From an uncultured Armatimonadia bacterium (lineage in GTDB: Bacteria; Armatimonadota; Zipacnadia; CAVVLO01), in the NCBI GenBank assembly GCA_963749155.1, contig CAVVLO010000003.1, positions 288,001-352,000 on the forward strand: a DNA stretch of 64,000 nt, written 5' to 3'. The translations under genes and the position numbers were made by a program. Positions 31,045 through 39,567 of the stretch are shown one piece after another (position 1 is the first letter of the stretch; every line of letters starts with the position of its first letter). The notes beneath the pieces are model-generated. The model was not told the DNA's origin. It made no database searches and was given only the letters and a program-made list of their open reading frames with translations.

Positions 31045-32631
31045 TTAAGCCTCGAGTACCAGCACCCAGTCGTGGACGCAAGGCGCTTTGGGAGGTTTCC
31101 AGTTGCCTTCGGCATCGCCCTCGGCCTCACCGAGTTCGGTCACATCGCCGGTGCGAGTGTCCCAGTACCAGGCCTTGTACACCACGCCAGGCTCCAGCTT
31201 GGCTATAAGCGGCGGCTCCCAGTTGAAGGGCAGATAAACAACCCGGACACGCCCAGGAATACCAACCGCGGTCGAGGCGTTCCACGCCGCCTGGGAGGTG
31301 TCAGGCACCAGCCACTCCGGATGGCGCTCGAATTCCCAAAAGGGGAACCTGCGCCAAAGCTGCGCGCCAAGCCCCACCTGACGTGAGCCCGGTAGCTGGG
31401 CTGCTTCCTGCCAGGGGGTATCCCCCCAGGAGTTGCCGTGCGGCGAGGCCCCGTAAGGCTTGCCTGGCGCGTTGAGCTGCCAGATGCCATTGGCCCCGTA
31501 GGTGAAGCCAGCCGCCCCGTTGATAGTTGTGTGCCAGAAGTCCAGCCGCTGGATGTTCTCGAAGCTGCGCCCGAGGATGCCTTCGTAGTTGACCTCGGAG
31601 TTCACCACCGGCTTGCGCGGCTCTCGCTCGAAGGCCTTGCGCGTCATATCGATGGTCGGCGCGACGGTGTCCATATCGCCATGGCCGGTCTGGAGCATCT
31701 CGAAATCCATCGCTGTATCGTCCGCGACCTCGTGCCGCCCGAAGCCCATCGGGTGGATGGAGAGGGGATTATGGAAGGGATCAGTCGCCTTGAGGTAGCC
31801 CATCACTTCCGTCCAGCCATCCCGCTGCTCTTCCGATGGCTTGGGGAAGCCCTCGACCAGATACCACGGCATCATACTCTCGCCGCACACGCACCAGGCG
31901 ACCGGATAAGCCGAATACCGGGCTATTAGATAACGCCAAAAACGCTTTATCTTCGGCACACCTATGAAGGGCAGATAATAGCCCCACATCCCCACGATAA
32001 GCGGCATCAGCCCGACACTCACCAGGTGCGCCAGCTTGAGGTCGGCCAGCTCGTAGTAATCGGGATTTATAGAGGCGAATTCCTCTGTGAAAGGATAACC
32101 TGCCTCGTTGAAGTTGCGCTCATCGAAGGGCGGCATATCGGGATACGGCCCGCCGACTATCTGCACCACGCTGAAGCCTTTCTCCACGCGGTCAGCGGCT
32201 AACTCCTTGAAGCCTTTCGGCCAGTCCAGCCGCGCCGAGAGGCCCATCCACCAGGTGTCACCGAGCCAAAAGAAGGGCGTGCCATCTTCGTGCTCGAAAT
32301 GACGCTTGTCCTCGGCCACGAGCAACCGGCCGTGCAGGCCGAAATAGCCTTCGCCAAGCCGCGGTAGCACCTCTACCTCGCCCTTCTGGGCGTGCAGTCC
32401 CGAGTTGGTCGTATCGGAGCAGACCGTACGCCAGGCATAAAGACCTGGCTCTCTGGCCGAGAAGCGCACCGACCATTTTTCGCCGCCACGCCAAAAGCCA
32501 GGCATCGCAAACTCGGCGCCATCGGGGCCGGTGAAGATAACATCAAGTTCCACCTCATTGTAGGGGTCAGTGGAGTTGACTGTTGAGGCGAAATTCCATT
32601 CTGTGACCTGGTTGCGAGCTACCTTGTACAT
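31045..32631 (-). CDS. DUF5060 + DUF4038 apiosidase-like protein
   Basis: GFWRGGEKWSVRF, PFFWLGDTWW, WCVCGE, MLQTGH, NSEVNYEG, GFTYGANGIWQ, WDTRTG, DWVLVLE. Confidence 0.85.
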   Translation of the reverse strand: MYKVARNQVTEWNFASTVNSTDPYNEVELDVIFTGPDGAEFAMPGFWRGGEKWSVRFSAREPGLYAWRTVCSDTTNSGLHAQKGEVEVLPRLGEGYFGLHGRLLVAEDKRHFEHEDGTPFFWLGDTWWMGLSARLDWPKGFKELAADRVEKGFSVVQIVGGPYPDMPPFDERNFNEAGYPFTEEFASINPDYYELADLKLAHLVSVGLMPLIVGMWGYYLPFIGVPKIKRFWRYLIARYSAYPVAWCVCGESMMPWYLVEGFPKPSEEQRDGWTEVMGYLKATDPFHNPLSIHPMGFGRHEVADDTAMDFEMLQTGHGDMDTVAPTIDMTRKAFEREPRKPVVNSEVNYEGILGRSFENIQRLDFWHTTINGAAGFTYGANGIWQLNAPGKPYGASPHGNSWGDTPWQEAAQLPGSRQVGLGAQLWRRFPFWEFERHPEWLVPDTSQAAWNASTAVGIPGRVRVVYLPFNWEPPLIAKLEPGVVYKAWYWDTRTGDVTELGEAEGDAEGNWKPPKAPCVHDWVLVLEA

Positions 32632-32657
32632 TCGGCTTTCCTCCTGATGGCAAGCAA

Positions 32658-32685
32658 AGAGCGACCCACCGAAGTGAGTCGCTCT
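32658..32685 (-). terminator. Hairpin after the isomerase gene
   Basis: AGAGCGAC...GTCGCTCT stem. Confidence 0.5.
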
Positions 32686-32717
32686 CAATTTGGCTAGTCG
32701 GGCTGGTTATCCTGCCG

Positions 32718-33488
32718 TTATTTGACGCAACCTGCGCCTTTCAGCCAGGCGATGCTGTGAGCGGCGCTGGCGATCGAAGGGATCTTCCAGCTATCCTGCT
32801 CGACGATTATCCATTCGGCGCCGATTTCCTTTGCCGTCTCCAGCACTCCACAAATATCAATTGTGCCGTTACCGACCTCGGTAAAATCGCCGGCCTCGTC
32901 CATATCCTTCAGGTGGATCTGAGGGAAGCGACCAGGATACTTTTTAAGATACGGCACGGGGTCTACGCCGCCCTTCTTCAGCCAGAAAACATCAGGCTCG
33001 CCTTTCACAGTCTCGGCGCAGGTGCCTTCGTAGAGGATATCCAGCGCGTATTTGCCGTCAATCTCGGCAAGCTCCTGAGAGTGGTTGTGATAGGTGAAGG
33101 CGATGCCCTTGCTCTTCGCAACCTTGGCAACTTCCTTCACGCGCTCGATTATGGGCAGCCAGTTGCTGGCTACATCACCCGCGAGGCTGGTTGTGACGTA
33201 TTTCACGCCAAGGGCCTCGACATAAGCGTAAAGCTGGCTATCGGGATTGCCAATCTCATCGAGGCCGGTATGGATGCCGCAAGCTACGACGCCAATCTCA
33301 TCGAGGAAGCTCTTGAGCTCGCAAGGGGTCATCCCACCATAATTGCCTGCGAACTCGAAGCCTTTGTAACCCAGATAAGCCAGGGCCTTGCAGGTGGCCT
33401 TGAAGTCCTGCTCGCACACATCGCGCACGGTGTAAAGCTGAATACCAATCGGCAGATTTCCAGAACAACAGCAGCAACAGTCTCCCAT
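32718..33488 (-). CDS. Sugar phosphate isomerase/epimerase (AP-endonuclease-2 TIM barrel) with Cys5 N-terminus
   Basis: IGIQLYTVRD, YHNHSQE, EPDVFW, IHLKDM, EVGNGTID, IVEQD. Confidence 0.9.
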   Translation of the reverse strand: MGDCCCCCSGNLPIGIQLYTVRDVCEQDFKATCKALAYLGYKGFEFAGNYGGMTPCELKSFLDEIGVVACGIHTGLDEIGNPDSQLYAYVEALGVKYVTTSLAGDVASNWLPIIERVKEVAKVAKSKGIAFTYHNHSQELAEIDGKYALDILYEGTCAETVKGEPDVFWLKKGGVDPVPYLKKYPGRFPQIHLKDMDEAGDFTEVGNGTIDICGVLETAKEIGAEWIIVEQDSWKIPSIASAAHSIAWLKGAGCVK

Positions 33489-33627
33489 CGGGTAGTGCCT
33501 CCCGTTACGGTTATTTGGCGGCGCATCGCGCCGGTCTTGCAGGGGATTATACGGCTAGCCGCGAGTTCCTGCCAGAGAAAAATCGTATTCTTGGGTCTTT
33601 ATCAAAGCTACTCATAAGTATTTACAA

Positions 33628-34335
33628 CTACCAGAGGGGTGGCGCTGAATAGACAAGATAGGCAGCCCCCAGCACCAATAGTATTCCGCAGGCCGCTCGC
33701 AAGCCAAGAGCCGTCTTCGACTTGCTATTCCAGTCAACCAGTTTCTGCACCAATACCACCGAGCTGCCCACTGCAACCAGCACCAGGCAATGCCCGAGGG
33801 CAAACGCCAGTGTGAGCAGAGCGCCCCTGGCAAGACTGACTGCGCCTGCCTTTGCCGATAAAGCGAGCACCGGTGCCAGATAAGCGAAGGTACAGGGGCC
33901 AAGGGCAGCGCCAAAGAAGAGGCCCAAAATCAGAGCGCCAAGCGCCCCGGTGAGTTTCAGCCTGGTCGGTATCGTTTGTCCCCATTCCAGTGGGATAACC
34001 CCGAGCAGGTGCAGACCGACTGCTACCAGTACGAGTGCGGCTGCATAATTGACAAGCCCGCCAACGTCGCCGGCCAGCCTGCCGAGAGCCGCGCAAATCA
34101 TTCCCAGCAAGCCAAGCACGATAAAGTTACCCAGGCCAAACAGGGCAGAAAGCCCAACCGCGCGCTTTGTGGTCAGTTGCTGCTGTCCCGCCAGAAAAGC
34201 CACCAGCAGGGGGAGGCTGGCCAGATGGCAGGGACTAAGCACCACGCTGAGCAAGCCCCAGAGCAGCGAAGCACCAAGAGCCAGGCCCAGGGAACCTTCG
34301 ACCGCCGCGGTCAGTGTGGCGAAAAGCTCTCCCAC
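33628..34335 (-). CDS. ccdA: Cytochrome c biogenesis CcdA/DsbD-like membrane thiol reductase
   Basis: LSPCHL and LGPCTF cysteine motifs; about six TM segments. Confidence 0.85.
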   Translation of the reverse strand: MGELFATLTAAVEGSLGLALGASLLWGLLSVVLSPCHLASLPLLVAFLAGQQQLTTKRAVGLSALFGLGNFIVLGLLGMICAALGRLAGDVGGLVNYAAALVLVAVGLHLLGVIPLEWGQTIPTRLKLTGALGALILGLFFGAALGPCTFAYLAPVLALSAKAGAVSLARGALLTLAFALGHCLVLVAVGSSVVLVQKLVDWNSKSKTALGLRAACGILLVLGAAYLVYSAPPLW

Positions 34336-34338
34336 TAC

Positions 34339-34815
34339 TTATTCAACCTCTGAGGCTGTAGCAGCTTTTACGAGTCCCAATTCTTCCAGCTTGGTGATGA
34401 TCTCGTCTTCTGCCCAGAAGCCTTTATGACGGAAGACTTCCTTGCCTTCTGAATCAATCAATATCTGGGTCGGGATAACCTGGATATCATACTCGCTAGC
34501 CGCCTCGTGATTCTCATTCACGTTGATAAAGCGCACTATAAGAGCTTCTCCATAACGGGCGCGCAGTGAGTCCATCACAGGTACCATCTGCTTGCAGGGG
34601 ATGCAGGTCGTCGAACCCAGATCAATGAACATCGGCGTCAGGCTGGAAGCGCTGGAATCATCTGCCTCACTTGCGGCCTGGGGCGCTTCAAGGGGGGGAG
34701 GTTGCACAACAACCGGCTCGGGCTGTGAGGAGCGGTTGCCCTGCTTCAAAGCCAGGGCTGCTGCAAGGATGCCTAGCACCAGAATAACGATAATCAGTTT
34801 GCTTGATTTACCCAT
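34339..34815 (-). CDS. Membrane-anchored thioredoxin-family protein
   Basis: N-terminal TM; DLGSTTCIPCKQM, IPTQ, FRHKG. Confidence 0.88.
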   Translation of the reverse strand: MGKSSKLIIVILVLGILAAALALKQGNRSSQPEPVVVQPPPLEAPQAASEADDSSASSLTPMFIDLGSTTCIPCKQMVPVMDSLRARYGEALIVRFINVNENHEAASEYDIQVIPTQILIDSEGKEVFRHKGFWAEDEIITKLEELGLVKAATASEVE

Positions 34816-34881
34816 CAGTGTACCTCGGTTTTATTGAGTTCGCTCAGCCTGTCTGAAACTGCCCCTGCAATCAGTGCGCCT

Positions 34882-35135
34882 TCCTTCTGGCGTGTATCGG
34901 GACAAACCAGGTGGCGTGTATCGGGAGCTTGCTCCCGATACCAGGCCCCTCTGAGCACAAAGGCTGGGTGGGTCTCAGACCCGCCCCTACATCGAGCCGA
35001 TGGCCAAAAGGAAGGTTTTGGGAGCAGACTCCCGAACACCTGAAAGCGAAAGGCAAGGGCGGGCTTGCGCCCGCCAATTTATTGGTAAAGCTTAAGGCGA
35101 AAATCGCGGGGGCATCGCCCCCACACCCCCACTAG
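34882..35135 (+). repeat. Composite palindromic element inside the ars cluster
   Basis: GTATCGGGAGCTTGCTCCCGATAC, inverted GTAG-REP at 34966-34990, GGGAGCAGACTCCC, GGCGGGCTTGCGCCCGCC, GGGGGCATCGCCCCCACACCCCCACTAG. Confidence 0.85.
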
Positions 35136-35380
35136 TTGGTCTGCTCTGCAATCCATTCCTTTACCTGAGCCTGCGTTGGGATCTTGCCAGCCAACACGAC
35201 CTTACCGTCCACCGCTACAGCCGGTGTACTCATAATCCCGGCCTTCACAATCTCGGCGATGTCTTCGACTTTCTGTATGTCCAGGGCAATACCCAACTCG
35301 GATGCTGTATCAATTACCACCTGAAAAGTCTGCTTGCAGCGGGGACAGCCTGTCCCGTAGATACGTACTTCTTTTGCCAT
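35132..35380 (-). CDS. Small redox-active disulfide protein (thioredoxin_3 / MTH895-like)
   Basis: IYGTGCPRC, GIMSTPAVAVDGKVVLAGKIP. Confidence 0.9.
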   Translation of the reverse strand: MAKEVRIYGTGCPRCKQTFQVVIDTASELGIALDIQKVEDIAEIVKAGIMSTPAVAVDGKVVLAGKIPTQAQVKEWIAEQTN

Positions 35381-35389
35381 ATTGGCCTC

Positions 35390-36472
35390 CTACATAACAA
35401 TATTGAACAGATATCCTACAATCAGAATGCCGCAACCAACGATGGCAGCGAAAACAACAATCAGTTTGGCTTTCAGCACCTTGCGCAGAATCAGGAATTC
35501 AGGCAGCGAGAGCGCAATTACTGCCATCATAAAAGCCAGTACCGTGCCCAGCGCTGCGCCTTTCCCAAGCAGCGCCTCGACGATGGGGATAATCCCCGCC
35601 GCGTTGGAATACATCGGGATGCCGATGAGGACTGCCAGTGGCACCGACCACCAGGCGTCTTTGCCCATTATCGATGCCAGAAAGTCCTCCGGAACCCAGC
35701 CGTGGATGCCAGCGCCTACCGCAATCCCTGCCAGGATATAGGGCCAGACTTTGCCCACTATTTCGCGGACCGCCTCTAGCCCCTTATCGAACCGCTCGGG
35801 CCAGGCAAGCTTCTCTTCAAGCCCGCCTTCGCCCAGTTCGGTCGCATAGACCCACTCTTCAACCCAGCCTTCCAGCTTCAGCCGACCGATAACCCAGCCA
35901 GCCAGCATCGCAAGCGTCAGACCAAAGCCCAGGTAAAGCCCGGCCACCTTCCATCCAAACAGCGCAAACAGCAGCGCCAGGGCTACCTCGTTAACCATCG
36001 GGGCCGAGATAAGGAAGCTGAAGGTGACCCCAAGCGGTACTCCACTGGTCACAAACCCGATAAAAAGGGGTATCGCAGAACAGGTGCAGAAGGGCGTCGC
36101 GATGCCAAGCAGCGAGGCAAGCACATTGCCGGTCCATTCGGCGCGTCCAGCCAGCAGCCGTCGGGTGCGTTCGGGTGAGAAGAAACTGCGCAGGATGCCG
36201 ACGAAGAAGACGATAAGCGTCAGCAGCAGCAGCACTTTCGGCACATCGTAGCAGAAGAAGGCGACCGCCTCGCCCAGGTGAGACTTTGGTTCCAGCTTGA
36301 GCAGTCCAAAAGCAACCCAGTCGGCTGCATCTTTTAGTTCACGATATAAGATGACCCACAGTGCCAGAGTAGCGACAAGCCCTGTTAGCCAGAGGCGAAG
36401 CGAGGCGCCACTGTTAACTGGCTCAGGTGTCTCGCAAGCACAGGATTGCTCAGTCGGCTCGAGGGTAGTCAT
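35390..36472 (-). CDS. arsP: ArsP-type (DUF318) permease
   Basis: TPFCTCSAIP, SAPMVNEV, GIPMYSNAAG, ALSLPE. Confidence 0.85.
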   Translation of the reverse strand: MTTLEPTEQSCACETPEPVNSGASLRLWLTGLVATLALWVILYRELKDAADWVAFGLLKLEPKSHLGEAVAFFCYDVPKVLLLLTLIVFFVGILRSFFSPERTRRLLAGRAEWTGNVLASLLGIATPFCTCSAIPLFIGFVTSGVPLGVTFSFLISAPMVNEVALALLFALFGWKVAGLYLGFGLTLAMLAGWVIGRLKLEGWVEEWVYATELGEGGLEEKLAWPERFDKGLEAVREIVGKVWPYILAGIAVGAGIHGWVPEDFLASIMGKDAWWSVPLAVLIGIPMYSNAAGIIPIVEALLGKGAALGTVLAFMMAVIALSLPEFLILRKVLKAKLIVVFAAIVGCGILIVGYLFNIVM

Positions 36473-37557
36473 CAGGTTACACTCTCCGCGGTCAGAGGGT
36501 CTTGCTTAGCGAAGAACCGCTTCTTCGCCCACAGCGCCACATATACCAGCCCTATGAGCGCCGGCACCTCAATCAGTGGCCCGACGACCGCCGCCAGTGC
36601 CTGGCCCGAGCTGATGCCGAACAACCCAACCGCCACGGCGATGGCCAGCTCGAAGTTGTTGCCTGCGGCAGTGAAGGCGATGGAGGTCGTGTCCTCATAG
36701 TTGCAACCCGAAGCTTTGGCCAGCAGGAAGGCCAGGCTCCACATCAACGCAAAGTAGGTAACCAGCGGCAGAGCAATGCGCACGACATCAAGAGGCAGTT
36801 CGATTATCTTTTCGCCCTGCATCGAGAACATAAGCACGATGGTGTAGAGCAGTCCAACAAGCGCCGTAGGCCCGAGTTTCGGCATCAACACGTTGTCATA
36901 CCAGTCGAGCCCGCGCCGTTTGACCATTATTTTGCGCGTCAGATACCCCGCGACCAGGGGGATACCCAGGAAGACCAATACGCTCTTGGCTATCTGCCAC
37001 ATCGAAACCTCGAAGGCAGCGCTATCTGCGCCAAGCCAGCGGGGCACGACAGTGATGAAGAAGTAGCCCAGCAGCGAATACATCGCTACCTGGAAGACCG
37101 AGTTGATGGCCACCAGCACCGCCGCAAGCTCATTGCTGCCGCGCGCCAGCATATTCCATACCAGCACCATCGCAATGCAGCGCGCAAGCCCGACGAGGAT
37201 GAGTCCAGTGCGATATTCGGGCAGGTCGGGCAGCATCAACCACGCCAGCGTGAACATCAATACAGGACCGAGAATCCAGTTGAGGAAGAGCGACAGGCCG
37301 AAACTCTTTGGGTGACCGGCGAGCTGACCAATCTTCTCATACCGCACTTTGGCAAGCACCGGATACATCATCCACAGCAGGCCAATCGCTATTGGGACCG
37401 AGACATCAGCCAGCTTCACACTGTCGAGCGCAGAGCCGAGTCCAGGGAAGACCTTCCCCAGTCCGACTCCCAGTGCCATAGCCGCGAAAATCCACAGTGG
37501 AAGGTATCTGTCCAGCCAGGAAAGGTTCTTGTATACACTTGTGCCCACAGTTACCAC
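36472..37557 (-). CDS. acr3: ACR3-family arsenite efflux transporter
   Basis: LSWLDRYLPLWIF, MMYPVLAKV, GLARCIAMVLVWN, AGNNFELAIAV, GPLIEVP. Confidence 0.95.
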   Translation of the reverse strand: MVTVGTSVYKNLSWLDRYLPLWIFAAMALGVGLGKVFPGLGSALDSVKLADVSVPIAIGLLWMMYPVLAKVRYEKIGQLAGHPKSFGLSLFLNWILGPVLMFTLAWLMLPDLPEYRTGLILVGLARCIAMVLVWNMLARGSNELAAVLVAINSVFQVAMYSLLGYFFITVVPRWLGADSAAFEVSMWQIAKSVLVFLGIPLVAGYLTRKIMVKRRGLDWYDNVLMPKLGPTALVGLLYTIVLMFSMQGEKIIELPLDVVRIALPLVTYFALMWSLAFLLAKASGCNYEDTTSIAFTAAGNNFELAIAVAVGLFGISSGQALAAVVGPLIEVPALIGLVYVALWAKKRFFAKQDPLTAESVT

Positions 37558-37571
37558 TTGCCTCGCAACAT

Positions 37572-37621
37572 ATATGCGCTACTACGCATATGTATATATG
37601 CGCATATACGCATATTGTCAA
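37572..37621 (-). promoter_or_regulatory. acr3 promoter with two tandem ArsR-type operators
   Basis: ATATGCG-N6-CGCATAT at 37572-37591 and 37596-37615; TTGACA on the - strand at 37621-37616. Confidence 0.8.
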
Positions 37622-37631
37622 GAGGGCAAGG

Positions 37632-37982
37632 TTATTTCGCGCAGCGGAAGTTGATCGAGGCGAGGCGTTCGCGGGCGCGAACGACCTGGGGAGAGACCTC
37701 CCAGACGCCGGCGAGGGCTTCCAGCGCTGGCCGCCAGCGCCTGTCGGCCTCGTCTGTGAGGCGATAAATCGCGAAGGTACCATCCTTCTCATCCTGCACC
37801 AGGCCGGCTTCGCGCAGTACAGACAGGTGGCGCGAGATTTTGTATTGCGGCTCTTCGAGGGCGCCCACCAGCTCGCACACGCAGCACGGCCGTACCAGCA
37901 GCAGGCGGATAATCCGCAGTCTGGTAGCATCGGCCAGCGCCTGGTGTAGTCCGGTAAGCTCCTCGAGGCTGGGCGTTTTCAT
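37632..37982 (-). CDS. arsR: ArsR/SmtB family repressor
   Basis: ALADATRLRII, PCCVCEL metal box, ISRHLSVLREAGLV; start at MKTPS. Confidence 0.9.
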   Translation of the reverse strand: MKTPSLEELTGLHQALADATRLRIIRLLLVRPCCVCELVGALEEPQYKISRHLSVLREAGLVQDEKDGTFAIYRLTDEADRRWRPALEALAGVWEVSPQVVRARERLASINFRCAK

Positions 37983-38023
37983 ACCGAGAGTATCGCTGAG
38001 AAATTGTTGAAGGTCAACTTTGG

Positions 38024-38162
38024 AAGGTTTTGGGAGCAGACTCCCGAAACACGTGAAGGCAAAAGGCAAGGGCGGGCTTGCACCCGCCTTTATAAAGGAA
38101 AATCTAAAGGCAAAAAACCAGGACAGAAGACGTGGGGGTATTACCCCGCACCCCCCATACTG
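38024..38162 (+). repeat. Composite palindromic element (degenerate end)
   Basis: GGGAGCAGACTCCCGAAAC, GGCGGGCTTGCACCCGCC, GGGGGTATTACCCCGCACCCCCC. Confidence 0.8.
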
Positions 38163-38218
38163 GGCCTGCGGCGCGAAGCGAATCCGGGAGTGCAGAGGGG
38201 CCTCTGGTATTTGTGGTG

Positions 38219-39502
38219 ATGAAGATGGCAGATGGTATCCAGCTCGGTGTGTTTTTAGGCCTTTCGGCCCTCTTCCTGTTCGGCGTGGCAAGCGCCGATG
38301 TGCGCACCTTCACGACCGGTGGCCTGACCATATCGCATAACAACGCCGATGAGGGGCTTTATTTCGCCACCTCGCCCGATCAGGTCGCGTATAACGTTCA
38401 AATCATCCGCACCGAGCACGACACCTACTACACCATCGCCCACACCGAGCCGCGCAAGCCCGCCGAGTTGCACTATCCCGGCGATGCCATCAAGACCGCC
38501 TTTGCCTCAGGCCCTTTCACCTACACGATGCCGCCGAACCTTGACTATCGCCTTTATGGCACCCCGACAGATACCGAATCGCTCCTCTACAGCCCCGAAG
38601 CCCACGGCATACTGGGCTGGGGCGGCACTGGCAATCCGATGGTCGTGAAAGGGAAGCCTGGGGATGACTACTTTTATGCTTTCTTCCTGGCAGTCGCTGA
38701 CGATGACCGTGACCGAGAACTCGAGGAACCCGACTTCCGCCACTATATTTGCCAGGCGCGCACGCTGGATATGCTCCACTGGGAGCTACGCACCGAGGTG
38801 GACGGCCAGTTCGACCTGGAAGCCCTTCAACGATGAGGTGCCAATCGAGTGGCGCCGACCGCGCCCAGTCGAGGACGTGGACGGCAATCCAATCCGGGGT
38901 CTGCGCGGCACCTGATTTCGAGCGGTACGCAAGGGCTGATAGGCTCCATCTGTCGCGTGAGCGACCTCTATTACTTCTTCTACACGGACGTCGCGCCCGA
39001 TGGCACCTCGGCCCTCTACTACCGCACCTGCCCCGACCTGACGCTCGAGAGAGGCTGGTCGGCCGCGGTCAAGCTTTCAGGCGACCTGATGGTCGGCACG
39101 CTCATCCGCGTCGCCAAGGCTCACGCTCTGGATCGCTGGGTTGTCCTCTACAACGGCTACAAGCGGCGCCCGGACGGGACTCTGGCGCAGGATCTCTTCC
39201 TGCAATACACCGAGAATCTGGACCTCACTGGCCCAGGCAGCCTCTCGGAGCTAACCTATTTCGACGAGTTCGTCGAGGCCGGCAAGTATCGCCACGGCCT
39301 CAGCAAACATTATCTGGGCCTGACCAGCGGCACGGGAGTCTTCGCGCAGCATTACTTCCTGACCGACGAATACGGCAACCTCACCGTGCCTGATTGTGAA
39401 GCGCAGGACTCAAGCCGCGGTGGGTTGCTGACCTGGGCCGCCCTCACGCGCAGTGTCTACGGCGATGACGTCTACCGTGCCGGCTGGGATGTCACCCAAT
39501 AG
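38219..39502 (+). CDS. Secreted hypothetical protein, possible beta-propeller (frame breaks near 38815 and 38910)
   Basis: Signal peptide; three ORF pieces with consistent codon bias; GNPMVV, YYFFYTD, RWVVLYN. Confidence 0.6.
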
Positions 39503-39525
39503 CCATAAAAACCATAAGCCAGATC

Positions 39526-39567
39526 GGCGAAGCCACTAGTGGGGGTGCAGGGGGTATTACCCCCTGT
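39526..39567 (-). repeat. Element terminal hairpin between convergent genes
   Basis: GGCGAAGCCACTAGTGGGGGTGCAGGGGGTATTACCCCCTG; shares ACTAGTGGCTTCGCC with 8824-8838. Confidence 0.75.
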
